Notes: generated by a model not told the origin, from the letters alone. 64,000 nucleotides of DNA from Deltaproteobacteria bacterium (GCA_016177845.1 JACOUO010000011.1:128326-192325); one strand, 5' to 3'; positions 18,693 to 28,811 are shown, counted from the stretch's first letter. A program made the numbers and translations.

Positions 18693-19419
18693 AGATTGTA
18701 TCTCCCGGTTTAAGCACCAAGTTCCTGTCGGTTTTGCTGTCAGTGTCGATTATGTCATCGAAGCGCACGCTTATGCGCTCAGGCTTTGCGGATTTATCCA
18801 ACTTCTCCCTGATAAGTATCAGTTTGTTTTTGGATGCGAACGGGTTGAACCCGCCTGCCAGCGCGATTGCCTGTAGAAGGGTTGTCTTTCTCATCACTGT
18901 ATATGAACCGGGATTTATGACCTCTCCGAGGACATAGATCCTGTAGCTTTTTACTTCCTGTACTATTACCGAAGCCACTACAGTTTCCTGGTATTCCTTT
19001 AGACTCTCGATAATTGAATCACGGAGTTGCGAAGGGGTAAGCCCGGCTGCTTTCATGTCTCCGACAAGCGGAAGCGATATCATGCCGTCAGGGCGCACCA
19101 CGACGGTCTTTGACAATTCGGCATTCCTCCATACGGAGATCTCAAGCACATCTTCTATGCCGATAAGATATTCCGGGTCCTGCGCGACTGCTGCGGTTTT
19201 AGTGGCGGGCTTATCTGCGGTAGCTTCCTGCGCCGTAGAGGTTTTCTGGACGATTTTTTCAGCCGCCGCGTTCTTTACTGCGGCGTCTTTTTTAAGTGTC
19301 TTATCCGATGCTGTTGAGGGCTGCGGAATTAAAATGCCAAGTCCAAACAGAAAAAGTGCGGCTGCCAAAACACCTTTGAAACCCTGCGATTCTCTCATTA
19401 TCCCGTCCTCCATACTCAA
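18682..19419 (-). CDS. Polysaccharide export protein (Wza/OPX-like short form, PEP-CTERM subfamily)
   Basis: 245 aa with a signal peptide and the Poly_export motif region EYLIGIEDVLEISVWRN...PDGMISLPLVGDMKAAGLTPSQL, plus an SLBB-like domain. Confidence 0.8.
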   Translation of the reverse strand: MSMEDGIMRESQGFKGVLAAALFLFGLGILIPQPSTASDKTLKKDAAVKNAAAEKIVQKTSTAQEATADKPATKTAAVAQDPEYLIGIEDVLEISVWRNAELSKTVVVRPDGMISLPLVGDMKAAGLTPSQLRDSIIESLKEYQETVVASVIVQEVKSYRIYVLGEVINPGSYTVMRKTTLLQAIALAGGFNPFASKNKLILIREKLDKSAKPERISVRFDDIIDTDSKTDRNLVLKPGDTIFVP

Positions 19420-19430
19420 AGCTGATTTTT

Positions 19431-19823
19431 TTAGAGAAGCCTGAGCCCGGCTGAGACTATAGACCTCGAAACTTTTTTAGCCCACACGGCGCGGGCTGAC
19501 CTTTCCATATTGAGCGACTCTATGCATACCTTAAAGATCGTATCGACATCTATTGAGCTTCCGCTGTAGATAATGCCTGCGCCTTCTTCAGAGAAATCCG
19601 TAGTCTTTGCCTTTACCTCAGAGCCTTCTATGTAGAACTTAAGTTCAAGCTCCTTGCGTACCCTGCTTTTATTCCTTCTTTCGGAAAAAATATATCCGCA
19701 GTGAGGGCAGATGATGCGGCCCTCAGCAAAGGAGATGTAGAAAGCTTTATAGCAGGCAGGGCAGATTCTAAGTCGCATTCTTCTTGCCGATTGTTTGATT
19801 TGGTTTCTGCTGTTAGCGTTCAA
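19431..19823 (-). CDS. Zinc-ribbon + PilZ domain protein (putative c-di-GMP receptor)
   Basis: 130 aa. The N-terminus CPACYKAF...CPHCGYIF is a C4 zinc ribbon. PilZ motifs RNKSR (RxxxR) and DFSEEGAG ((D/N)xSxxG) are present. It is the last gene of the EPS operon, adjacent to the T2SS. Confidence 0.75.
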   Translation of the reverse strand: MNANSRNQIKQSARRMRLRICPACYKAFYISFAEGRIICPHCGYIFSERRNKSRVRKELELKFYIEGSEVKAKTTDFSEEGAGIIYSGSSIDVDTIFKVCIESLNMERSARAVWAKKVSRSIVSAGLRLL

Positions 19824-19962
19824 TTCGCGCGCTTCATATTATTTAAGGATAGCCGTACTTGAGAGTAAGGCAATCCATCGAAAGAATATTAATTGCGCAA
19901 AAAGTATTACGCCTGAATCTAATGCCAAGGCTTACGGGGGTTAGTAGGAAAGTATTAAAACT

Positions 19963-20007
19963 CCGCACCTATGCGGACAGACTGGCGCCTGTACGCATAG
20001 GTGCGGT
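19963..20007 (-). terminator. Strong hairpin (13-bp perfect stem), possibly a terminator or attenuator between gspF and the PilZ gene
   Basis: CCGCACCTATGCG-N19-CGCATAGGTGCGG, followed on the minus-strand transcript by AGTTTTAATACTTT. Confidence 0.4.
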
Positions 20008-20024
20008 TTGGAACTGAAGATTGT

Positions 20025-21230
20025 TCAGCGTATTATCTGGTTCAGCTGGAAGATGGGGAGCAGTATCGAGAGCACTATAAAGCCAACTACAAGGCCCATA
20101 GCGAGTATCATAAGAGGCTCAAGGAGGTTTAAGGTTTTCTTTACCCCTGTCTCGAACTGGTTTTCATAGACATCGGCTGTTTTAAGGAGCATCTCATCGA
20201 GATTGCCCCCTTTTTCACCGACGCTTATCATGTGGACGACAATAGCAGGTATTGTCTTGTGTTTTTTAAGGCTGGTTGAAAGGGATGAGCCGCCTGTACA
20301 GTCATTGCAGGCATTATCAAGTATCGCATCGAATACTGAATTATTAAGCACATCTTTGGTTATCTCAAGCGCTTTTAATACTTGTACTCCGCCTTTGAGC
20401 AGGCTTCCAAGGGTGCGTGCGAAATTCGATATGTAAAAATCAAGGACAAGGCTTCCGAACCAGGGTATTTTTAAAAGCCACTTATCCTTAAGCGATTTGC
20501 CCTTTTCGGTTTTTATGTATCTGAAACCGAGCCAGACACCTGCTGCCGTCAGTATTATGAAGACAGGCCAGTACGAGCGCATCATATCAGTAAACCAAAT
20601 CAACACCTGCGTAATGAGGGGCAGGGCGTTCTGAGTTTCCTCGAACATGCGCGTTATTTTAGGTATTACGAATATGAACAGGAATGAGAGCACTCCGATT
20701 CCGACAAGGCTCATGAGTATCGGGTAGGTGAGGGCGGCTTTTACATCGTTTAATATCTTTGCCCTTGCCTCAAGATAATCCGCAAGCCTCGGAAGCACTT
20801 TATCGAGCGAGCCGCTTGCCTCACCGGCAGTCACCAAACCCCTGTAAAACGGTGAGAACACCGTAGGGTGAGCCTCAAGGGCGCGGGCGAATGAGCTGCC
20901 TTCCACTACAGTCTCCCTTACTTTCTGGAGCACGGCCTTAAGCTTTTCATTGGAAGTATTTTCACAGAGCACAGTGAGGGCTTCACTTAAGTTTGTGCCT
21001 GTTGAAAGCAGAGTTGCGAGCTGGCGCGTGGTGAGGGCGAGCATTTGAGCGGTAATGCCCTTTTTAAGCCCGAATTGTTTTCCTTTAGCCCCTTCCGTTT
21101 CTTTTATCTCAGCCGGAAAGAGGCCGGTATTTTTTATCTGCTGGGCGGCATCTTTCAGTCCGCTTGCTTCAAGGCTTCCGGCAATGGTCTTGCCGATGCT
21201 GTCGTATGCTTTATATCTGAATGTAGGCAT
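20025..21230 (-). CDS. gspF: Type II secretion system inner-membrane platform protein GspF
   Basis: 401 aa with the duplicated GspF/PilC domain and three TM segments. Confidence 0.9.
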   Translation of the reverse strand: MPTFRYKAYDSIGKTIAGSLEASGLKDAAQQIKNTGLFPAEIKETEGAKGKQFGLKKGITAQMLALTTRQLATLLSTGTNLSEALTVLCENTSNEKLKAVLQKVRETVVEGSSFARALEAHPTVFSPFYRGLVTAGEASGSLDKVLPRLADYLEARAKILNDVKAALTYPILMSLVGIGVLSFLFIFVIPKITRMFEETQNALPLITQVLIWFTDMMRSYWPVFIILTAAGVWLGFRYIKTEKGKSLKDKWLLKIPWFGSLVLDFYISNFARTLGSLLKGGVQVLKALEITKDVLNNSVFDAILDNACNDCTGGSSLSTSLKKHKTIPAIVVHMISVGEKGGNLDEMLLKTADVYENQFETGVKKTLNLLEPLMILAMGLVVGFIVLSILLPIFQLNQIIR

Positions 21231-21245
21231 TTTATGTTTACTGTC

Positions 21246-22796
21246 CTATTCGCACTCGTCCTTTGTGACCCTAAGGACCTCCTCAAGGCTTGTTATGCCG
21301 CATGCGGCCTTTTCAATGCCGTCTTCCATCATCGTCTTCATGCCTCTTGTAGCGGCGTATTTCTTGATCGTATCAGCATCCTGATTTTTCAGGATAAGAG
21401 GACGCATCTCTGTTCCGGGAATAAGGAACTCAAAAATGCCGGTCCTTCCGTGATAACCCGTCTTAAAGCACTTTTCACACCCCTGTGCCTTCCAGAGCAA
21501 TGGGGGAGGGGTCTTGAACTGTCTGGTTTCTTCATCCGTTGGCGTATACGGGGCCTTGCAATGCGGGCATAGCACCCTTACAAGCCTCTGCGCCAATACC
21601 CCTGACAGGGAGGACGCCACAAGGAACGGCTCTATTCCCATATCAACAAGCCTTGTTACGGCTGATGCTGTGTCGTTCGTATGCAGGGTAGAGAGCACAA
21701 GGTGGCCCGTCAAAGACGCCTGTATGGCTATCTCTGCTGTCTCCCTGTCCCTTATCTCGCCTATCATAATCACATCGGGGTCCTGCCTGAGGATGGAACG
21801 CAGGCCATTGGCAAATGTAAGCCCGATCTTCGGGTTCACATGCACCTGGCCGATACCCTTAAGCTGATATTCCACAGGGTCTTCGACCGTGATGATATTT
21901 CTTCTGGTGGAGTTTATGCTGCTGATGGCTGAATATAATGTGGTAGTCTTACCTGAACCGGTAGGCCCTGTTACAAGTATTATGCCGTTATTCCTGGTCA
22001 GAAGCCCTTCAAAGGCCGCCACCTGTTCAGGATTAAGGCCGATTGAATCAAGCGCGATTATCTCGCTCTTTCTGTCAAGGAGCCTTAGGACTATCCTCTC
22101 GCCGTAAGAAGTGGGGATAATGGATACTCTTACATAGATATCTTTTCCTGCTACAAGGAGCCTGATTTTACCGTCCTGCGGCAGTCTCTTCTCCGCTATG
22201 TCAAGGCCTGAGATAATCTTGACCCTGCTGACAAGCGCATCCTGAATATTTTTAGGGGGCGTAAGCACAGGGTAAAGAACTCCATCGACCCTGAACCTGA
22301 CCTCCACCTCTTTTTCATAAGGTTCGATGTGGATATCGCTCGCCCTGTCCTTTACTGCCTGGAACAGGAGAGAGTTTAAAAGCCTGATTATCGGGGCTTC
22401 ATCAGCCAGGTCAATGAGGTCTTTCGGCTCTTCCCATACATTGGAAAGTATCTCAAGGCTTTCTTCGTTAAGCCCGTCTATGACCTCCTGCGCTGAGCCC
22501 GAGAGCCTGTCAAAGAACCTGTTGATGGCATTGAGTATCTGCGCTTCATCTGTAAATACAGGTTTTACAGGTATGCCGATAATCCTCTCCAGTTCATTCA
22601 GCGCGAATATCCCCTTATGGTCAGCCAGCGCCACAAGGAGATGGCCGTCCTTTTTCTTAAGGGGCATTATCAGGTTCTTTTTTACGAATGTGAGGGATAC
22701 TTTCTCTAAAATCGAGGTGTCAACATATTCGTCCTTGATCTCCTTCATCCTGTGAAAGCCGCTCTTTGGCATGGTTTCAAATACTTCAGGTTCCAT
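21246..22796 (-). CDS. gspE: Type II secretion system ATPase GspE
   Basis: 516 aa with a T2SSE N-terminal domain, Walker A GPTGSGKTTT, Asp/His boxes and a C-terminal tetracysteine (CPHCK...CEKC). Confidence 0.95.
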   Translation of the reverse strand: MEPEVFETMPKSGFHRMKEIKDEYVDTSILEKVSLTFVKKNLIMPLKKKDGHLLVALADHKGIFALNELERIIGIPVKPVFTDEAQILNAINRFFDRLSGSAQEVIDGLNEESLEILSNVWEEPKDLIDLADEAPIIRLLNSLLFQAVKDRASDIHIEPYEKEVEVRFRVDGVLYPVLTPPKNIQDALVSRVKIISGLDIAEKRLPQDGKIRLLVAGKDIYVRVSIIPTSYGERIVLRLLDRKSEIIALDSIGLNPEQVAAFEGLLTRNNGIILVTGPTGSGKTTTLYSAISSINSTRRNIITVEDPVEYQLKGIGQVHVNPKIGLTFANGLRSILRQDPDVIMIGEIRDRETAEIAIQASLTGHLVLSTLHTNDTASAVTRLVDMGIEPFLVASSLSGVLAQRLVRVLCPHCKAPYTPTDEETRQFKTPPPLLWKAQGCEKCFKTGYHGRTGIFEFLIPGTEMRPLILKNQDADTIKKYAATRGMKTMMEDGIEKAACGITSLEEVLRVTKDECE

Positions 22797-22800
22797 CTGC

Positions 22801-24780
22801 TTATTTCTCCTTGCCCCCTTTTTTATCTTCCTTGCTTTCAGGGGGTACTACTTTGAGGCTCTGCCTGTTGAACTCGTCTTCTTTTCTTTTCCTGAGGTCT
22901 TCCAGGCCCGTGAAGTCTTCTACGATATATGGCGTAATAAAGACCAGAAGGTTTGTCTTCTGGCTCTGATTCCTGTTTGATTTAAAGAGCCACCCGAAAA
23001 ACGGCAGGTCTCCGAGGAACGGGACCTTGGTGGTGTTGTTCGTCTTCCTGTCCTGAATGAGCCCGCCGATAACTACAGTCTGATTATTCATGACCACTAC
23101 ATTCGTCTTTGCCGAGCGTTTTGTAGTGATGATGTCGGAAGCCCCTGCTGTCCTCGTAGGGGATACTGCCGATATCTCCTGATATATGTCGAGCTTCACA
23201 AAATTCCCTTCGCTTATCTTTGGCCTTATCTTAAGCCTTATGCCGACATCCTGCCTTTCAATGGACTGAAGAAGGGGCTGCGTTGTGGTCGTTGTCTGCC
23301 TTTCGATGCTGCTTAGGAACGGGACATTTTCTCCAACCATTATCTCGGCATCGGAGTTGTCGCTCGTAAGTATGTGGGGGGTAGAAAGAACATTTACGAC
23401 ATCCCTGAAATCCGAAAGCGAGAATAATGCGGCAAAGCCAGGAGCGGTTAAATTAAAAGATGTACCGTCAGGCCTTGTCACGGGAACCGTAAGGAAGTTG
23501 CCAAGCCCTCCGATTGTAAATCCGGCAAGCCCTGTCAATACATTCTGAATTGTTGAAACATCCACTGAGCCGACCCCGCCGATTACAACAGGCTTTCCGC
23601 CCTGTTCAGCGGCAAGCCTGAATTTTGTGCCAAGCTCTATAGCCTTGTCAACAGTCACTTCCGTTATCATGGTCTCTACAAAAACCTGCTTTGGCCTCCT
23701 GTCGAGCCTCTGAATCACCAAAACAAGGTTCTGGTAATCGGCAGGCGACGCCATTATGATAAGGGAATTTGTGGCCCTGTCAGGGGTGATGCTTATCCTT
23801 CCGGACAGCTCCTGTGTGATTGCGGCAGGCACTCCCGCGGCTGCGGCCTGCGATGCGGCTCCTCCCGGCTTTGTAAGGGTATCAAGGACTTTAGCAAGCT
23901 CTGTTGCGTCAGCGTTTTCCAGATAATAGACATTTATGCGGCTGCTCGCTTCGGGAGGGGCGACATCCAGAAGTTCGATAAAGCTCCTGTAGAATTCCCT
24001 GTCAGTCAGTGAATCAGCCAGTATAATCGCATTGAGCCTTGGGTCGGCGATAATCTGGCTCTCCCCGTTAGGCGCTCCTTCAGCGCCCCTGCGGAATCCT
24101 CCCGTCCTTCTCAGCTCTTCTCTTCTCAGTATCTGCGCCACAACCTCAGCCTGAGCGTACTTCAGATATACTATTTCAGGCTCTTTGGAGGCTTGAGGCT
24201 TATCGACTGAATCCAGTATCTTAAGAATTTTATCAATATTCTGAGCTGTATCCACTACAAGAAGGGCGTTTCTCGACCCGAATGCCGAGACCTGGCCGTT
24301 CCTTGAGATAAGCGGCTGCACGACCGGGAATGCCTCCTGCGCGGAGATATTATTAAGCGGTATCAGCCGTACTATGTACTCATCAGCCTTTGCGCGGTCA
24401 ATATCCCTTAGCACCCTTGTGCCGCTCTGCTTTGCCATTGACGACGGAATTATCTTATACGCCGCGCCGCTTGGTATCAGGGCAAAGCCCTTAAGCTCAA
24501 GCGCGGAGATAAAAAGGCTTAAGGCCTCGTCGCTTGTAAGCTTTGCCGGGGCTATTATGGTAATCTTGCCCCGTACGGTATCATCGTAGATGAAATTCCT
24601 GCCCGTGATCTCGCTCATTATCCTCACGAGAGAGGATATCTCCACATCCACGAAGTTCAGCGTTATCTTTTCCGCTGTCCTTTTGGATTGGCTTTTTGAA
24701 GGCGCTCTTTGGGCGGATGCCTGCACTGCCAGAAAGAGGATTACAAGGAAAAATATAAAGGCATGGGCTCGTTTACTCAT
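22801..24780 (-). CDS. gspD: Type II secretion system secretin GspD
   Basis: N0/N1-N3 domains plus a C-terminal secretin domain (...VPFLGDLPFFGWLF...). Start chosen at MSKRAHAFIFFLVILFLAVQASA, a signal peptide. The six-frame ORF extends to 24930. Confidence 0.9.
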   Translation of the reverse strand: MSKRAHAFIFFLVILFLAVQASAQRAPSKSQSKRTAEKITLNFVDVEISSLVRIMSEITGRNFIYDDTVRGKITIIAPAKLTSDEALSLFISALELKGFALIPSGAAYKIIPSSMAKQSGTRVLRDIDRAKADEYIVRLIPLNNISAQEAFPVVQPLISRNGQVSAFGSRNALLVVDTAQNIDKILKILDSVDKPQASKEPEIVYLKYAQAEVVAQILRREELRRTGGFRRGAEGAPNGESQIIADPRLNAIILADSLTDREFYRSFIELLDVAPPEASSRINVYYLENADATELAKVLDTLTKPGGAASQAAAAGVPAAITQELSGRISITPDRATNSLIIMASPADYQNLVLVIQRLDRRPKQVFVETMITEVTVDKAIELGTKFRLAAEQGGKPVVIGGVGSVDVSTIQNVLTGLAGFTIGGLGNFLTVPVTRPDGTSFNLTAPGFAALFSLSDFRDVVNVLSTPHILTSDNSDAEIMVGENVPFLSSIERQTTTTTQPLLQSIERQDVGIRLKIRPKISEGNFVKLDIYQEISAVSPTRTAGASDIITTKRSAKTNVVVMNNQTVVIGGLIQDRKTNNTTKVPFLGDLPFFGWLFKSNRNQSQKTNLLVFITPYIVEDFTGLEDLRKRKEDEFNRQSLKVVPPESKEDKKGGKEK

Positions 24781-24932
24781 GTTCCTATCTTCCGTTGCAA
24801 TCGTGATGGTTAGAACAGATTTTATAAGAACCGGTAAAGTGAAGGCGACTGGAGCGGCGTAAAACTCACCATGCGGATATGATCTACAAAGTAATATTAT
24901 AACATACAATTTCTGAAACGCTGGTGCCATGA

Positions 24933-25811
24933 CTACCTGATCTGATAATGGAAGCTCAATTTCTGCCCGCTTCGGACGATATCGAGGTCAACGGAGGTCT
25001 CTCCCTTCAGGCCTGAGAGAACCTGTATAGCCTTTTCAGGCGAGTTGATATCGTAGCCGTTGATGCGTGTAAGGATATCTCCGTTCTTAAGCCCGATGGA
25101 GTCGAAGATGCTTTTTTGTTTTATTTCCGTTACCATGAAGCCGCCTATGACTCCCTTCGACATCCTCGGGGTAAGCCGCGCATCTGTAAGTATCTGTCCC
25201 ATATTGTCGAGTGAATTAAGTACGGCCTTCCTGTCTATGAGCCACTCGTTTTCCGTTATTTTTTTTGAGTGCCCTGATTCAGGAGTTACGGATGATTCCG
25301 TGTCATGGCTCATCGGTATTCCCAGAGGGTCTTTTTTCAGTATCGTGAAAGTCACCTCCTTTGCTCCTACAGATATGACAGCGTCTTCGGTGCCGACTCT
25401 CTTAAGCGTACCGGCATCAAAAACGGTTTCACCTGTTTTGAATACCTCCTGTTTTCCTCCGCTTGTTTTTTCGAATACGGCGAAGTTCCCCCTGCCTCCG
25501 GCAAAAGTCCCGATGAGCTTCAGCTCGCTCAGAACAGAGGGGAGGTCAACTCCCTGCTTCAGTTCACTGCCTGCCTCTACAAGCTCTATCTGAGTAAGTT
25601 TGGCTGAGGTTGACGGGAAAACCGAGCTTTCAACGATGCGGGCATATTCCTGCAGAGCTGTCTCTAAAGGCTGCTTTGCGCCAATTGAGGCGATGGCAGG
25701 TATTTTAGCGGGGCTGTGGGCATAGATAAGGTAATCCCTTGCGAGGAGCGCTGATAAAGGGAATACCGCGAGTATAAGCGCGATATTGATTTTCTTTAGT
25801 TTAGTAACCAT
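24933..25811 (-). CDS. gspC: GspC-like protein with a C-terminal PDZ domain
   Basis: 292 aa with an N-terminal TM anchor. The C-terminal PDZ region reads GGFMVTEIKQKSIFDSIGLKNGDILTRINGYDI. Its position immediately upstream of gspD also fits GspC. Confidence 0.65.
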   Translation of the reverse strand: MVTKLKKINIALILAVFPLSALLARDYLIYAHSPAKIPAIASIGAKQPLETALQEYARIVESSVFPSTSAKLTQIELVEAGSELKQGVDLPSVLSELKLIGTFAGGRGNFAVFEKTSGGKQEVFKTGETVFDAGTLKRVGTEDAVISVGAKEVTFTILKKDPLGIPMSHDTESSVTPESGHSKKITENEWLIDRKAVLNSLDNMGQILTDARLTPRMSKGVIGGFMVTEIKQKSIFDSIGLKNGDILTRINGYDINSPEKAIQVLSGLKGETSVDLDIVRSGQKLSFHYQIR

Positions 25812-25881
25812 CCTGATGATGTGAGGAGGTGTCCGGTGAGCGACCGGCCCTGATTGGAAGGTTTTTAAAAAATAGCCTGAG

Positions 25882-26523
25882 TCAGATCTTTTTTCTGTTG
25901 TAAAGAGAGTTTTTTACGGCATTGTCTTTTATTGAAAAAGTAATAAGCTGTGACCTTGTCTTGATGTTGAGCTTTTTAAATACCCTGTGCAGATGCGTCT
26001 TGACGGTCAGTTCGCTTATCTCAAGCTTCTGTGCTATCTCTTTATTCCTCAGGCCCTTTCCGGCCAGGGCTACAATCTCTCTTTCCTTCTCGGACAGGAC
26101 CTCAGCCTTATCCTTTCTAAGGTTGTTTATACCGTAGAGGAGGTCCTTGACAGTGTTCCTGTCAATCCAGACCTCTCCTTTTGCGACAGACCTGATCGCT
26201 TTTTTCAGAACAGGCACAGTCGCGTTGCTCATAAGCACGCCGCTTAAGTTTTTTGAAACTATGGCGGACATTATGTTCTCTCTGCCGCAGTCAGTATCGA
26301 AAAGGATAAAGCCGTATTTTTTAGAGGCTTCCAGATTTGGAAAATTATTATAGAGGGCGGTGAAGTCAGTGAGAATAACATCAGAGGATTCGAAAAGGTC
26401 AGGCGGGTATTCCGTGCCCGCTTCAGTGAGGGAGATTGCGAAACTGTCATCGTCTTCCAGCAGCCTGGCTATGCCTTCGGAAAAAAGCAGATTACTGAAT
26501 GCGACTGTAACTTTTATGTCCAT
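25882..26523 (-). CDS. LuxR-family transcriptional regulator with an atypical N-terminal receiver-like domain (EpsA-like)
   Basis: 213 aa. The C-terminal HTH reads LSEKEREIVALAGKGLRNKEIAQKLEISELTVKTHLHRVFKKL. The N-terminal ~120 aa are receiver-like but lack the N-terminal acidic pair. Confidence 0.8.
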   Translation of the reverse strand: MDIKVTVAFSNLLFSEGIARLLEDDDSFAISLTEAGTEYPPDLFESSDVILTDFTALYNNFPNLEASKKYGFILFDTDCGRENIMSAIVSKNLSGVLMSNATVPVLKKAIRSVAKGEVWIDRNTVKDLLYGINNLRKDKAEVLSEKEREIVALAGKGLRNKEIAQKLEISELTVKTHLHRVFKKLNIKTRSQLITFSIKDNAVKNSLYNRKKI

Positions 26524-26791
26524 AGCTCCGCCTTTGTGTTAATTTTCTTTTCGACTGTTAAGGAATCAGCAGCCTGCGGCACCATCGGAAGAGCTACTTT
26601 AAATCTGTCTGAGCGTATTCACATCCCTTCTAAAAGAATTATATATGGTTTTTTGATTTTCGCCATAAGCCGTTGTAAAATTTTTTTACCGTGGCAGTTA
26701 CTTTAAATTTTAATCGATAATCTGCGTCATTTCAAGTTGAATATGCCGCCCGCCTGTTGCGAAGAACTCTGATTACGGATACAATATACTA

Positions 26792-27229
26792 ATGAAAAGC
26801 AAGAGAGACAAAGGTTTTACGCTGATAGAACTGATGGTGGTCATCGTAATTCTCGGCGTTCTCGCGGCGATTATCGCTCCGAAGATCATCGGGAGGACCG
26901 ATGAGGCCAAGGTAACCGAGGCCAAGGTACAGATAAAAAATTTTGAAACAGCCCTTAAACTTTACAAGCTGGACAACGGGGTCTATCCTTCTACCGAGCA
27001 GGGCCTTGACGCGCTTGTTGAGAAGCCTGCTACAGGCATAATACCCAGGAACTGGAAGGAAGGCGGATATCTGGAAAAAAAGAAAGTCCCCTCCGACCCC
27101 TGGGGAAACCCGTACACATATGTCTCTCCGGGCCTGCACGGCGATTATGATATCATCTCCTACGGCGCTGATGGCGCGCGCGGCGGTGAGGGTTTTTCTT
27201 CGGACATTGAAAGCTGGAGTATCGAATAG
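26792..27229 (+). CDS. gspG: Type II secretion major pseudopilin GspG
   Basis: 145 aa with a prepilin leader and N-methylation site [21 protein letters not shown]. Confidence 0.9.
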   Translation: MKSKRDKGFTLIELMVVIVILGVLAAIIAPKIIGRTDEAKVTEAKVQIKNFETALKLYKLDNGVYPSTEQGLDALVEKPATGIIPRNWKEGGYLEKKKVPSDPWGNPYTYVSPGLHGDYDIISYGADGARGGEGFSSDIESWSIE

Positions 27230-27246
27230 CTCAGAACGGAAGACAA

Positions 27247-27867
27247 ATGGGTATATTCTCATCCGGCCATTATTTTGCCAAGGGCCCTCCGGGGCCGGAG
27301 CCAACCAATACGCCCTTAAGGGGTTATTATCCAGTAAGCAGCATTGCCTCCCCCGGTTTACCTGTTGCTCCTCAAAAGCAAAATGGCTTTACACTGATTG
27401 AACTTATAGCTGTCCTCGCAGTAATCGGCATCATACTTGCGCTGGTATTCCCGAGGATAACGGGTTTCGATGAGCATAATCTGAAGTCTGACTCTGAGCG
27501 CATATCAAGCCTGCTTATATATCTGAACGAAGCTTCGGCAACTAAAAAGGTCTACTACAGGGTGTGGTTTGACCTTGATAGTGACAGGCTCGATATAGAG
27601 GTTTCAAAAACAGGTCTGGAATATGAACCCGAGCCTGAGACTACATTCAGGATAATCAGGCCAAAGTCCGACCTCGAAGACATCGTTACGCCTGGGCTTG
27701 GAAGGGTAACTACAGGCAAGGCCGCACTTGTCTTTGGGCCGCTTGGCGCTTCAGAGCCTGTAGCAATACACCTTAAGGCGGATGAAAAAAAATTGACTGT
27801 ATCGTTTAATCCGTATACGGGAAAGGCTGCGGTACTTGAGGGCTACATAGATGTATTTAGAAAATAA
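27247..27867 (+). CDS. gspH: Minor pseudopilin, GspH-like (start codon uncertain)
   Basis: Prepilin motif QNGFTLIELIAVLAVIGIILALVFP at residues 44-68 of the six-frame ORF. The true start is probably a non-ATG codon nearer this motif. Confidence 0.6.
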   Translation: MGIFSSGHYFAKGPPGPEPTNTPLRGYYPVSSIASPGLPVAPQKQNGFTLIELIAVLAVIGIILALVFPRITGFDEHNLKSDSERISSLLIYLNEASATKKVYYRVWFDLDSDRLDIEVSKTGLEYEPEPETTFRIIRPKSDLEDIVTPGLGRVTTGKAALVFGPLGASEPVAIHLKADEKKLTVSFNPYTGKAAVLEGYIDVFRK

Positions 27868-28204
27868 TGAAAAAGGCTTTACTCTCCTTGAGGTGATGAT
27901 AGGGCTTGCCATACTGGCAGGCGTCATCATTTCACTTGTCGCAAGCGTCAATTACCACATGGAAGTTTCTTCAAAGGTCACTCAGACCGTACTTGGCACA
28001 ATACTCGGCAAGGAAAAGGCTGAAGAGCTTAAGCTTATGGAAAATACAGGCGCGCTTGAAGGTGATTTCAGCCCTGAGTTCAGCCAATATTCATGGAAGC
28101 TGAGCGAGGAGAATACCGAGATACCTGGGCTTAAGCGCCGTGAGCTTAATATCATCTGGGATACGAATGGGATATCGTTCATTACTTTCAGGCAGGAAAA
28201 ATAG
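27851..28204 (+). CDS. gspI: Minor pseudopilin GspI-like
   Basis: 117 aa with EKGFTLLEVMIGLAILAGVI prepilin N-terminus. Confidence 0.65.
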   Translation: MYLENNEKGFTLLEVMIGLAILAGVIISLVASVNYHMEVSSKVTQTVLGTILGKEKAEELKLMENTGALEGDFSPEFSQYSWKLSEENTEIPGLKRRELNIIWDTNGISFITFRQEK

Positions 28205-28811
28205 ATTTTTCAAATCTTCGATATTATCCCTGAATGCAGCCCAAAAGGGTTTTACGCTCATTGAAGTCCTTATCGCGGCAGCCCTCATGGCAGTACTTCT
28301 TACCGCTCTGTACGGGACATTCTTTTCAATACTTACCGGCACAAAAACCGCTCAGGAAAGCATGGATGATTATCTTGAGGCAGGCCGCTTCCTTGACAGA
28401 TTTACTTCAGATGTACACAGCGCTTACTATAAGCCCAAGGATGAGCTTACGCTCCTTAAAGGGGAGAAGACTTCCGACGGTTCGTCCCTTGTTCTCACGA
28501 TTCGCTCATACCCTTCTCCAAGGAAGGGAGAGCCGACAGGCGATTTCGCAGCCGTAAGATACTACATTGACAGGTCAGAGGGCAGACAAAGGATACTGCG
28601 GGAATCATGGAACCCGTACATAGGCGAGAAGTTCTCTGCCGGGATGACAGGGCAGATAAAGGATTTTGAGGTTAGTTTTTTTAACGGCAAGGATTGGGCA
28701 AAGGCGTGGGACACAGGCCTTGAGAACAGGATGCCTATGGCTGTAAGGGCAGCCGTAAGGCTTGAAAACGGGGAAGAGGTCTTTGCCACAGCGCGGATCA
28801 TGGCAAGATGA
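28140..28811 (+). CDS. gspJ: Minor pseudopilin GspJ-like (start uncertain; long leader)
   Basis: QKGFTLIEVLIAAALMAVLLTALYG prepilin motif ~35 aa into the six-frame ORF. The ~190-aa mature part is typical of GspJ. Confidence 0.6.
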   Translation: MSLISSGIRMGYRSLLSGRKNRFFKSSILSLNAAQKGFTLIEVLIAAALMAVLLTALYGTFFSILTGTKTAQESMDDYLEAGRFLDRFTSDVHSAYYKPKDELTLLKGEKTSDGSSLVLTIRSYPSPRKGEPTGDFAAVRYYIDRSEGRQRILRESWNPYIGEKFSAGMTGQIKDFEVSFFNGKDWAKAWDTGLENRMPMAVRAAVRLENGEEVFATARIMAR

